Source: Nitrosopumilaceae archaeon
GTDB taxonomy: Archaea; Thermoproteota; Nitrososphaeria; Nitrososphaerales; Nitrosopumilaceae
Assembly (NCBI GenBank): GCA_965208905.1
Contig: OZ242365.1
Span: 448,001-512,000, forward strand
Direction: 5' to 3'
DNA: 64,000 nucleotides
Below are positions 22,645-32,254 of the stretch, one piece after another. The translations under genes were made by a program, and so were the position numbers. Position 1 is the stretch's first letter. Every line of letters begins with the position of its first letter. A model generated the notes under the pieces. It was not told where the DNA came from. It saw nothing but the letters and a program-made list of their open reading frames with translations, and searched no databases.

Positions 22645-22806
22645 ATGAAGTGTGTAATGGACATATGCGTTAAGTGTGGTGTGTCCGAGAGAGTCGCGTA
22701 TGCGATACTATGGGAGATAATGGGAAGTGACGAGCCGGCACAGAAAATCAACGATACCGTATGCGGACTGCAAAGGGTGTTACATGAGATGGAGGGTGAG
22801 GTATGA
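22645..22806 (+). CDS. 53-aa small protein, possibly HTH-like
   Basis: MKCVMDICVKCGVSERVAYAILWE...; ATGA overlaps on both sides. Confidence 0.55.
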   Translation: MKCVMDICVKCGVSERVAYAILWEIMGSDEPAQKINDTVCGLQRVLHEMEGEV

Positions 22807-23227
22807 GTTTTGATTTTGGATGGTTCTGGGAAATCAACGGGACATGACATGTAGTGGGAAATTAGGGACATAAAAAATGAGGGATTAAGATGTTGATTCT
22901 GCGGCTGCTCGAATGAGGGTTAGGTACTTGCTATTGCCCTCGATAGTGATACCTGCGGCTTCCATGTCATGTCCCGTTGATTTCCCAGAACCTTTTGGAT
23001 ATCATGGCCGCATGATTGGGTTGAGGCCGTCCATGATCCATTATATCGAAAACACCGCAGAGATCTATAGGCGTGGCGTCATATGCTCACATGTAGGCCT
23101 TATGGCACCTGGCATGACACACTACAATAAGTATAGCCAGTTGGCCAGTATGTTATTAGATAGATTTTGGGCGTATGAGGAGCAGCGAAAGAGAGACGCC
23201 TCCCCATTATTGAGGGTGAGAGCATGA
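22803..23227 (+). pseudogene. 81-aa gene interrupted by MITE copy 2
   Basis: Removing 22822-23000 restores MSFDFGYHGRMIGLRP...RVRA, ATGA-coupled to both neighbours. Confidence 0.8.
22822..22992 (+). mobile_element. MITE copy 2 with intact 8-bp TSD
   Basis: ttttggat immediately on both sides (22814-22821 and 22993-23000). Confidence 0.96.
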
Positions 23228-23613
23228 CTACACTTACCAGATATCTTAGGCCGGCATGGATTACCTTCCATACGCCATACCGGCCTTATGACATCCCATC
23301 TTGTATATGTACACACTCCCTTTTTACTTTTCATGAAAAACTGACAACCCAGGAGGTATTAGTATGAGGGAGATCGAAAAACAGGTTATTCAGATGCAAA
23401 AGGATCTACTGTTGGAAAAACAAGTACGTATATTAGATCAAATCGAGGCAAGAAAGGCCGCCAAGAACCAGGAGGCAAGCGGTTAATGTCTTGTAGTATG
23501 TTTGATGCTTGTGTGATAGCAGGTTTATCGGAAAGAGAGTCATGGCGAGTACTCAAAATACTAAACAGTCCAAAACAAAACGACAACCCAACATCCAGGG
23601 AGGCAGTACATCA

Positions 23614-24210
23614 ATGACTGATTATACCCAATCCGATCTTCTAAAACGTGGTTGGAGTCTTGGATTAATTAAAAAATTACTAGGCGAGCCAGATCGGTTA
23701 GAGCGTAACCCATATCGCAGAACGGCACCACCAATGAAATTATACCTAACGGCCCGCGTGACCGAGGCGGAAAAAACACAGTCATTCATAGACAAGCAAG
23801 CCAAAAACAGTATACGACAAGAGGCGGCACGTAAGGCGATAGAGACAAAGAGATCTAACATACTGCAATACGCAAACTCGGTTAAGATAACGTACAGGTT
23901 CCCGGATTGCAGCGATGATGAGTTAAGAGATCTTGCCGTCAAGCATAGACAAGAACTTGATGGTGATTACTACGATAATCGTGATTATACATCAGCACCC
24001 GAAGATGTTACACAGCGTTGGATCGTAAACTATTTGCGGCACATATGCAGCACATACGACAATAGTCTTATTGACACATTCAAGAAAACTGGAAGGGATG
24101 AGGCGCACCACGTGATAAAGTGTAGGGTGTTAGATCATATCGCCGATGTATACCCTCAATTACGTAATGCGTGTAATAATCAAAGACACGATTGGAGAAG
24201 ATCGTTCTAA
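23614..24210 (+). CDS. Hypothetical mobile-element protein (probable start MTDYTQ at 23614)
   Basis: ATGA-coupled start; LLKRGWS...LGEPD...NPY...PMKLY phage-like motif. Confidence 0.65.
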   Translation: MTDYTQSDLLKRGWSLGLIKKLLGEPDRLERNPYRRTAPPMKLYLTARVTEAEKTQSFIDKQAKNSIRQEAARKAIETKRSNILQYANSVKITYRFPDCSDDELRDLAVKHRQELDGDYYDNRDYTSAPEDVTQRWIVNYLRHICSTYDNSLIDTFKKTGRDEAHHVIKCRVLDHIADVYPQLRNACNNQRHDWRRSF

Positions 24211-24285
24211 TGACGTCACTGACCACCAATATGTCATATGTAAAGGTGAGAATCAAATAGCCGACATTAAAGAGGCATTCCCTCT

Positions 24286-26403
24286 ATGTGGGGGAGGGGG
24301 AATGCAAAGGGGGAGGGGGAGATGAGTACAGAGTTCATATTCAATTTTCGGTATTACGGTGATGAGTGTGGTTTAACACCGTCAGAGATCGAAATAGTCA
24401 AGGACGGTATAACAGAGGAGAGGCAGCCCTCGATGATCATGCGTGATGTTGGCAGAGTGGCCATTATACAACATGGCCATGTATACGGAATAGAGCGAGC
24501 CGTCAAAACCCGTGAGTTGTTACAAAAATACTATGAAGAAATGTACAAACACACCGGAGAGCATTACAGTAATCCGCAACCCAAAAGCATGAACATACCG
24601 GCACTGACACAGGACGCATTAAAGGCCGAGGTGAACAAACCCGCATGGAAGCACAAACAAAAATGGAACAAACAGATTGACAATTATGAGGATACAGGGA
24701 AGGCTGATTATGATTATACGGCACGTGACATTGTGAGATATTTCAGAATTGGAAAATATAACAAGATCGGCGGAAAGTATAGATTCTACTTTCAACCCGA
24801 AGGATTCAAAAACTTACACATCCCTATCAATGCTGAGGGATTAAGACATCTTGTGTCATCATTACCGGACAGCGACACAATCGACATAACACCAAACACG
24901 ATCAAAGAGACCGCCAAAATGATTGAGTATAGGAGTCGTAATGTTGAAGGTTGGGATCTTGATACCAACTTAATCAACTTGAAAAATGGAATGTACAACG
25001 TAAAGGACGGATCGTTAACACCACATTATGAAGTCAAGAATCATTCGTTAATGCAATGCCCTGGCAATTACAACCCAGACGCCCCACAGCCAAAACGGTT
25101 TGATCAGTGGATGAATGATGTTACTCAGGGAGATAAGGAGACAAGACATGAGTTATTAGATGCGTTTGCCCAGGTTATAGATCCCAACGGCCATTTAGGT
25201 AAGTTGTATTTTTTGATAGGCGGACAAGGCACGGGTAAGAGTACGGCTCAGGACTTTTTAGAGTCGTTTGTTGGTGATACAGATAGAAAGACAAATTACC
25301 ATAGTGTGGAGACATTGCAGCAAACAGGGAGTCGTTTTGGCGGCTCCATGACAATAGACAAGTATCTTAATTCTGCACGTGACAACAGTTATGAGATTTC
25401 TGTTAAATCTGTTGAAAAACTCAAATTAATGGCAACGGATGAACCCACAAGTGTTGAGATAAAGGGTGTGAGTCTGGCCGATACAGGCCCGACCCCGCCG
25501 ACCAGGACGCTTAACGTTTACAGTCTAAACATGTGGCCAATATTCGAGAAGTCATCACTAGATGATAGTGGATTTATTGAGCGATTGAAATTCATTCAAT
25601 TTCATGTACAGTTCAGAGATACCAAACGGGAGAATAGAGACATTGCAAAGGAGATACTAGCCGAGGAGTTAGACGGGATTGTAACACATAGACTCATTCC
25701 ACGCATAATAGAAAACCGCAAACGTATGTTAAGACCAAAGTATCAAAAAACAGTGAGTGAGATCAGAGCCGAATTACAAGGTCTGTTATACGACCTGGGA
25801 GAATTTAAACAACATTGTATTTTTGATGCTGCACATGAGACCACATCCAAACTAATGTTAGAGCGGTACAAGACCCACTGCATAAACACACAAACAGAGT
25901 ACAATGAAAAGAAATTATCCAAATGGCTAAATTCCAATGGCGCATACAAGATAAGAGGTAACCGTAAAGGCAAACGTGTACAGATGTGGAAAGGAGTTAG
26001 TTTAATCAATGATGGTAATGGTAACAGTATAACAGAGTACACTGAGGACGCCCCGACAGTGGAGACCAAGACCAAGCCGACAGTGGAGACCAAGACCAAG
26101 CCGACAGTGGAGACCAAGACCAAGCCGACAGTGGAGACCAAGACCAAGCAAGGAGAGTACGACCCGACCAACTGGCCGGAGGGAAAGCCGACACCCGCCC
26201 AGGTAAGACGCCAGGCAAAAGATATGAGTATGCCGGCATATGTAACAGATGTAGTCATTCGTAATCTTGATGATCATGATTATGATGTGAACGCTACAAT
26301 CAACCATGCCGTCAAGTTTTGGGAGTCGAAGGATACCACAACCCAACTAAAACAGAAAGAGCAACTTGTTGCTATGTTATGTGACTGGTTTAATTCAAGT
26401 TAG
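24286..26403 (+). CDS. D5/P4-type superfamily 3 replicative helicase
   Basis: D5_N-like WDLDTNLINLKNGMYN..G.LTPH; Walker A GGQGTGKST; LKLMATDEP; C-terminal (PTVETKTK)x4. Confidence 0.85.
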   Translation: MWGRGNAKGEGEMSTEFIFNFRYYGDECGLTPSEIEIVKDGITEERQPSMIMRDVGRVAIIQHGHVYGIERAVKTRELLQKYYEEMYKHTGEHYSNPQPKSMNIPALTQDALKAEVNKPAWKHKQKWNKQIDNYEDTGKADYDYTARDIVRYFRIGKYNKIGGKYRFYFQPEGFKNLHIPINAEGLRHLVSSLPDSDTIDITPNTIKETAKMIEYRSRNVEGWDLDTNLINLKNGMYNVKDGSLTPHYEVKNHSLMQCPGNYNPDAPQPKRFDQWMNDVTQGDKETRHELLDAFAQVIDPNGHLGKLYFLIGGQGTGKSTAQDFLESFVGDTDRKTNYHSVETLQQTGSRFGGSMTIDKYLNSARDNSYEISVKSVEKLKLMATDEPTSVEIKGVSLADTGPTPPTRTLNVYSLNMWPIFEKSSLDDSGFIERLKFIQFHVQFRDTKRENRDIAKEILAEELDGIVTHRLIPRIIENRKRMLRPKYQKTVSEIRAELQGLLYDLGEFKQHCIFDAAHETTSKLMLERYKTHCINTQTEYNEKKLSKWLNSNGAYKIRGNRKGKRVQMWKGVSLINDGNGNSITEYTEDAPTVETKTKPTVETKTKPTVETKTKPTVETKTKQGEYDPTNWPEGKPTPAQVRRQAKDMSMPAYVTDVVIRNLDDHDYDVNATINHAVKFWESKDTTTQLKQKEQLVAMLCDWFNSS
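26053..26147 (+). repeat. 24-bp tandem repeat x4 inside the helicase gene
   Basis: ccgacagtggagaccaagaccaag repeated four times. Confidence 0.9.
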
Positions 26404-26486
26404 GTCAATCAAGCACGACTCTATGATCAATTTTACGATTTACAGGTATTAGATGTTAATATTTTTGATACATCATAACCCATCCG

Positions 26487-26569
26487 GAGTTATCAACGTT
26501 GGTTAATGGTTATGATCATACTGGAATTGAGTTATCAACGTTGGTTAATGGTTATGATCATACTGGAAT
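26487..26569 (+). repeat. 41-bp direct repeat x2 (period 42), part of the candidate origin
   Basis: gagttatcaacgttggttaatggttatgatcatactggaat at 26487 and 26529. Confidence 0.9.
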
Positions 26570-26680
26570 CATATGTATATTAATATCATATTATATGAAT
26601 ATATGGTCATACTAGTCATACTAAAATGCACATGAAAAGTATTGAAAAATGGTAATATGATAAAAGTATTGTGGAGATAT

Positions 26681-26851
26681 GGTTCTGGGAAATCAACGGG
26701 ACATGACATGGAAGCCGCAGGTATCACTATCGAGGGCAATAGCAAGTACCTAACCCTCATTCGAGCAGCCGCAGAATCAACATCTTAATCCCTCATTTTT
26801 TATGTCCCTAATTTCCCACTACATGTCATGTCCCGTTGATTTCCCAGAACC
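26681..26851 (-). mobile_element. MITE copy 3 (inverted)
   Basis: Reverse complement of copy 1; flanks ggagatat | gcaatatt. Confidence 0.95.
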
Positions 26852-26896
26852 GCAATATTCTATTGGACAAGACATCCAATGATATTGCATCGCTAA

Positions 26897-27100
26897 CTAG
26901 CACTCCAGCCGCCTCCGCACAATCTTTGACGGTCGGACACACAACCTTGATTTACAGCATACACACCTTGATCTATTGGTCTTGAAAACGGCATTGCATA
27001 TGATGCACACCTTGAAGGTATCGTAACGCCACCATAGTTTTGGCGGCGGCATGGCCGCTGATGTGATGCAAGCGCCACAGCAAACATAACATATTGTCAT
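26897..27100 (-). CDS. Cys-rich Zn-finger protein (67 aa)
   Basis: CYVCCGAC, CIICN, CVCC motifs. Confidence 0.6.
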   Translation of the reverse strand: MTICYVCCGACITSAAMPPPKLWWRYDTFKVCIICNAVFKTNRSRCVCCKSRLCVRPSKIVRRRLEC

Positions 27101-27631
27101 GGTGTAAACACCACGTTTTTAAAATCTAATTCGTCTCACCTAGACTCATGGCAATAATACTAATCGGTACTTAGTATAAAAAGGATTGCGTGTATTAATC
27201 GATTTTTAACTGCCATGAATCCAATCGATTAACAGACCGACACGCCCGGCATGGTAAACACATTATAGTGGTATATTATATCAATTTTTTGATTTGCGAT
27301 TCTCGTAGTCATGTGCTTATATTGTATACAATATAATTATATATAAACTCATCAATATAAGACTAGAAATAAAATACAAAATGGTTTATCTGCTGAATCG
27401 TTGTTTTATCTTTGTTATTATGTTGGGTTTAATGTTGCTTGTTGGTATACTATCGGCTGGCTGTGTGATTGGTGTTACGTCTGTGAGTTGGGGCGCCTTA
27501 TCACGTTGTACAAAATGGAACTGTTAAGATAGCGTGTGATGGTTAGCGCTGTCAAAAACGTGTGATAAGCACACACTGATGTATCGTAAAACACATGATT
27601 ACATGTGCATACAGGTAAAAAATAAAAAATA

Positions 27632-28090
27632 TTATTTTGATTTATTCCTACTCAACCAATCTTGTATCATCTCATCGACACATACCCATAGATGTTTACC
27701 TTGACTCTTGGCGGTCGATCTTACCTGGTTCCATAATATTGGGTTTACTTTTGGTCGTCTTTCTTTCAGTTCGTCGCGTTTTGACTGTATGATGTTTGGT
27801 CGCGCTGGCAGACTCGGCATGTTACTCTTGGTCTCTATACGTCTGATTATTGCATCGGTTATCGTATTGATGTATACATCCGCTTGGCGTGGCGTCACCT
27901 GTGTTACATCGTGTAATACAGGCGTTCCGTTCAACTCGGCAAGATATTTTTCTATGCCTTTTACCATTATATCGTTAATGGACGTCTTTGTTGTCTCTGA
28001 TAGTTTGCTCGCCTGTACGTGTAGCGGTCTAGGCATGCGGATCGTGTGTGATACTCTATCTCCTTTCTTTGCGGTCATACCTGTATACAC
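27632..28090 (-). CDS. Ribbon-helix-helix DNA-binding protein, possibly two RHH units
   Basis: SHTIRMPRPLHVQASKLSETTKTSINDIMVKGIEKYL; second unit PKVNPILWNQVRSTAKSQGKHLWVCVDEMIQDWL. Confidence 0.75.
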   Translation of the reverse strand: MYTGMTAKKGDRVSHTIRMPRPLHVQASKLSETTKTSINDIMVKGIEKYLAELNGTPVLHDVTQVTPRQADVYINTITDAIIRRIETKSNMPSLPARPNIIQSKRDELKERRPKVNPILWNQVRSTAKSQGKHLWVCVDEMIQDWLSRNKSK

Positions 28091-28118
28091 ATGATTACAG
28101 GTATTTTAGTGATTGCAA

Positions 28119-29243
28119 ATGATTACGGGTGTTTTGTTGCTTTGATGTATGATGTATGGTTACACATGTTTACAGGTGTTTTATGGTTGTTTACCATGCA
28201 CCAGGACCTAGACGGCCGGCCACACCGCATGACGTCATGACCAGTGGCCACACTGGTAACAACATGCAGCATGACCCGACTCCGGACTAAGACGCATGCC
28301 GGCCATACAGTCATGCAGGAACCTAAAACGCCATGCTGCATGATGTATGGTTACACATGATTACGGGTGTTTTGTTGCTTTGATGTATGATGTATGGTTA
28401 CACATGTTTACAGGTGTTTTATGGTTGTTTACCATGCACCAGGACCTAGACGGCCGGCCACACCGCATGACGTCATGACCAGTGGCCACACTGGTAACAA
28501 CATGCAGCATGACCCGACTCCGGACTAAGACGCATGCCGGCCATACAGTCATGCAGGAACCTAAAACGCCATGCTGCATGATGTATGGTTACACATGATT
28601 ACGGGTGTTTTGTTGCTTTGATGTATGATGTATGGTTACACATGTTTACAGGTGTTTTATGGTTGTTTACCATGCACCAGGACCTAGACGGCCGGCCACA
28701 CCGCATGACGTCATGACCAGTGGCCACACTGGTAACAACATGCAGCATGACCCGACTCCGGACTAAGACGCATGCCGGCCATACAGTCATGCAGGAACCT
28801 AAAACGCCATGCTGCATGATGTATGGTTACACATGATTACGGGTGTTTTGTTGCTTTGATGTATGATGTATGGTTACACATGTTTACAGGTGTTTTATGG
28901 TTGTTTACCATGCACCAGGACCTAGACGGCCGGCCACACCGCATGACGTCATGACCAGTGGCCACACTGGTAACAACATGCAGCATGACCCGACTCCGGA
29001 CTAAGACGCATGCCGGCCATACAGTCATGCAGGAACCTAAAACGCCATGCTGCATGATGTATGGTTACACATGATTACGGGTGTTTTGTTGCTTTGATGT
29101 ATGATGTATGGTTACACATGTTTACAGGTGTTTTATGGTTGTTTACCATGCACCAGGACCTAGACGGCCGGCCATACAGTCATGCAGGAACCTAAAACGC
29201 CATACTGCATGATGTATGGTTACACATGATTACGGGTGTTTTG
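28119..29243. repeat. 238-bp tandem array: four identical units, one internally deleted unit and a stub
   Basis: Unit starts at 28119, 28357, 28595, 28833 and 29071; fifth unit deleted between two gccggcca microhomologies. Confidence 0.95.
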
Positions 29244-29254
29244 GTATCATGATA

Positions 29255-29491
29255 TCACGTGGTGATATCAGATACAATACGTGCGGCATCTATGCGCCAA
29301 CCATCGGATACGGATGTATCGGACGCCATATCATGGAGCATTAGGTATGTTTCATATGACATTCCTGTTGATATCATATCCCACTCGGCGGCCGCCACCA
29401 TATGTGTCAATTCAGTGGCGGCATACATACCGCCTAATACAACAACACCCAGTACACACCACCCAACAGGGTGATCATACAACCACCTCAC
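29255..29491 (-). CDS. Small membrane protein (78 aa)
   Basis: GTGA-coupled to the upstream gene; N-terminal TM segment. Confidence 0.5.
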   Translation of the reverse strand: MRWLYDHPVGWCVLGVVVLGGMYAATELTHMVAAAEWDMISTGMSYETYLMLHDMASDTSVSDGWRIDAARIVSDITT

Positions 29492-30252
29492 GATCCAAAC
29501 ACACTCCTCGTGACATATCCAGGTACATCGAACCCATATATGATCAGACCAAAACCTGCCGCCATCATCCCTAATCCCGCCATCATACCATACCAAAACT
29601 TTGGGGTGGCCGGAAGGCAGTATGTCTTTTTGAGTTGTATCGGATTGTATGGCCGTGCGCTCTGTGCGGCGTCAATGAGTATGGCCGGGTTGGGAGCGGC
29701 GACCGTGGATGTAAGCCATATGAGCATCTCGGTTAGGTGTGGGTCCTGTATCGTCTGCGTCTTACAATACATTAGTCTGTTGTTCCATTTTTGGATTATA
29801 GTCCTATCGTCTATTTTGGTCAAGATCTCTAGTAGGTTCAGTTTACCGCTTGAGACATCTACCAACTGTATTGCTGCTGTAAGGATATTCAGTAGTGTAT
29901 TGTCCAGGACCGTAACGCCAAGTTGGCCTAGTATTTTTTGCAGTGTTATCTGATGTATACTTTCCGGAAACATTGAACTTGTCGAGTACATCGTTATTGA
30001 CATCATTTTAACACCACCGGCCCACCGTCGAGCGGCCCACCGCCACCGCTCTCCAGGTCCAGGACTCACAAACAGGTAAGGCTCGCCGTCTATATCCGCA
30101 TGATAAGTGTGATTACCCAGGCGCTTCTTTATTGGCATAAGCCACGTCTTTCCAGTGGTCGCATCTGTGATGTATCCGGACACAAAGTTTAGTTGGTGTA
30201 AATTGGTCAAGATAAAAGACGTGGTGTGTATGAATACTCTAAGCAGTGACAA
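29488..30252 (-). CDS. Hypothetical protein with C-terminal TM helix
   Basis: 254-aa ORF in a coupled operon; FWYGMMAGLGMMAAGFGLIIYG. Confidence 0.65.
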   Translation of the reverse strand: MSLLRVFIHTTSFILTNLHQLNFVSGYITDATTGKTWLMPIKKRLGNHTYHADIDGEPYLFVSPGPGERWRWAARRWAGGVKMMSITMYSTSSMFPESIHQITLQKILGQLGVTVLDNTLLNILTAAIQLVDVSSGKLNLLEILTKIDDRTIIQKWNNRLMYCKTQTIQDPHLTEMLIWLTSTVAAPNPAILIDAAQSARPYNPIQLKKTYCLPATPKFWYGMMAGLGMMAAGFGLIIYGFDVPGYVTRSVFGS

Positions 30253-30738
30253 CTAGACGTCCTCCTCACGGCGCCGGAACATACCAGATATTTTCTTCGC
30301 TGCGTCATTGTCGGCCGAGTAAATATGTTCGGTCGTTGTCTTGGCAACTTTATCTATTAGTGGGCTTACTGCAGCTGGCATCCCAATTAATCCCATAGTC
30401 GGCCTCATACTCTCGCTGTGCTTTGAGGCGACGGCGGTCCGTATTTCCTCTTGTATGTCGTCCATGATTATCTCAGTTGCTTTTGCTAATGTCTCCGGCA
30501 TCGTAACTCTGGCTCGGTGTACCTCCCCCGCCAACTCGGCATCATATGCACCCACCGCCGAAAATTGGCTTGACGATACGGCCTGGGACATATAGAACTT
30601 TGCTCTATGATGCGGTATTGCGGTCTCCTCAGTACCGACACCGTCGGCAGCGGGCATACGGACCGTGTTTTTGATGTTGTCCGTAATGAACCTCATCAAG
30701 TCGGCGTTGTTGCTGCCTGGATCAGGATAAGCGCTCAT
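30253..30738 (-). CDS. Hypothetical protein
   Basis: 161-aa ORF, ATGA-coupled. Confidence 0.65.
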   Translation of the reverse strand: MSAYPDPGSNNADLMRFITDNIKNTVRMPAADGVGTEETAIPHHRAKFYMSQAVSSSQFSAVGAYDAELAGEVHRARVTMPETLAKATEIIMDDIQEEIRTAVASKHSESMRPTMGLIGMPAAVSPLIDKVAKTTTEHIYSADNDAAKKISGMFRRREEDV

Positions 30739-31130
30739 TGTTTGCGACTCCCTGTGACTGTTCTGCCTGCGGTCTCAAGCACGGATAATACACACATCAA
30801 GAATGATATCATTGCAAGGCCGTAATGCCATACGCCCCATATACCAGGTTCGGGTAACTCGACACCATATATCTCTCGTATTTGCCCTGTATCATCGTAT
30901 ACGGTGTACAGTATTCCAGTGCTGTTGGTTGCATTGGTCCAACCCGTATATACTACGGGTGTTATACTGGTGGCTCCGGACATGGCCACCATCAAAAAGC
31001 ATGTCGCTGCCAACAACCATAACAGTGCGGCCATCCATGTGCTTGACCAACCACCGGCCACCGCCCTATAGCCCAGCGCCAACAGTAGTATGTATGCCAC
31101 GCCAAGACATATCCAAGATAGTAGGTCCAT
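30735..31130 (-). CDS. Three-TM membrane protein with N-glycosylation sequons
   Basis: Three hydrophobic segments; NAT/NST in the loop; coupled overlaps. Confidence 0.7.
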   Translation of the reverse strand: MDLLSWICLGVAYILLLALGYRAVAGGWSSTWMAALLWLLAATCFLMVAMSGATSITPVVYTGWTNATNSTGILYTVYDDTGQIREIYGVELPEPGIWGVWHYGLAMISFLMCVLSVLETAGRTVTGSRKQ

Positions 31131-32254
31131 TAAGGTATCAACTCCTTTCTCAGGTCGTCGAGTTCTGGACTTATCGTCGGCATACTTACATCATCATCTG
31201 ACAGTGGCGGTATTTGTACGATGTCGCCATCTTGGCCGATGATACAAGTATAGTCTGCGGGTGCGTCTGCAGGACATGGCACCTTATCCCCTGGTTGCAG
31301 TGCTGCTATCCTGGCGGCCTCATCGGCTGCGGCCTTGTCTGCATAGTGTTTGTCTATCATTATTTGCAGTCCATGTTTATCGGGATTGTCCAGTATGCCC
31401 TTGACTATGGCGCCTGTCTGGCCGCGTAACTGGTCACGGGTACAATGCAACTCGCCTACGGAAATTGCGACGGCAGCACTACGACCATCAGGATAAGCGG
31501 CTTGTAGTGATTCGGAGGTGCATTGGGGTGGTATGTTGGGGGCTAGACCTAAGACTGATAAGTCCAACTGGCCACTATCGGCGAGATATAGTATGGCTAA
31601 CCCCATGCCGAGTAGGCCGACTATTAGTATAATGGCGGTGAGTTGCGCCGTTGAGCGCTGGTCTTTCTTTCCGCGCAGTCTGTTTAGTTCTGTGTGGCGT
31701 CTAGCCTGGACGGCTAGCGTCGAGGCGGCCTGCCGTGGGGATGGTAGTTTGATATCGTTAGATAATAGTGAGGAGAGTTGTGGGACCGGTCGGACTGGCT
31801 CTATATCATCTAATGTATTGGCGGCGAATCGTTCCCAGTCCGTGTATGGGTTTATGTCTGCGCGCACATGCGCTACATATTTTTCAAAGTTTGTCGGGGG
31901 GAGTTTATCGCCAAACACGCCATCAAATATGCGGCCGAATGTGCCACACTCCTTTGATATTATCACCTCGGGGTCATTGGCTACATAGTCTTGTAAGGCT
32001 TGTATGGCATCGTCGGGGATTGGTGTTGCATGTGTGATATCATACCATGTATAGCGTATGGCCGGCAATGCCTTTACCTTGAGTGTATGGCTTAGTTCCG
32101 GCGGCGAGGCGAATAGGTACCATTTGCTTCTGGTGTAGCCTAACCACCGATCATGTGAAACATACATGACTGCTGGGACATATCGGGCGGTTCCGTCTGC
32201 ATGGGTTATGACGGCGGTTGTGGGTCCCATTGATAAGACGGTTGGTGCGATCAT
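31130..32254 (-). CDS. Bitopic membrane protein (374 aa; probable start MIAP at 32254)
   Basis: ATGA overlap with the ATPase stop; single TM LTAIILIVGLLGMGLAILY; Cys pairs in the C-terminal part. Confidence 0.7.
   Translation of the reverse strand: MIAPTVLSMGPTTAVITHADGTARYVPAVMYVSHDRWLGYTRSKWYLFASPPELSHTLKVKALPAIRYTWYDITHATPIPDDAIQALQDYVANDPEVIISKECGTFGRIFDGVFGDKLPPTNFEKYVAHVRADINPYTDWERFAANTLDDIEPVRPVPQLSSLLSNDIKLPSPRQAASTLAVQARRHTELNRLRGKKDQRSTAQLTAIILIVGLLGMGLAILYLADSGQLDLSVLGLAPNIPPQCTSESLQAAYPDGRSAAVAISVGELHCTRDQLRGQTGAIVKGILDNPDKHGLQIMIDKHYADKAAADEAARIAALQPGDKVPCPADAPADYTCIIGQDGDIVQIPPLSDDDVSMPTISPELDDLRKELIP

Noticed and set aside
28123-29055. Four identical 72-aa ORFs, or a CRISPR-like array
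   Set aside because: The ORFs are by-products of the 238-bp repeat; units are identical with no unique spacers.
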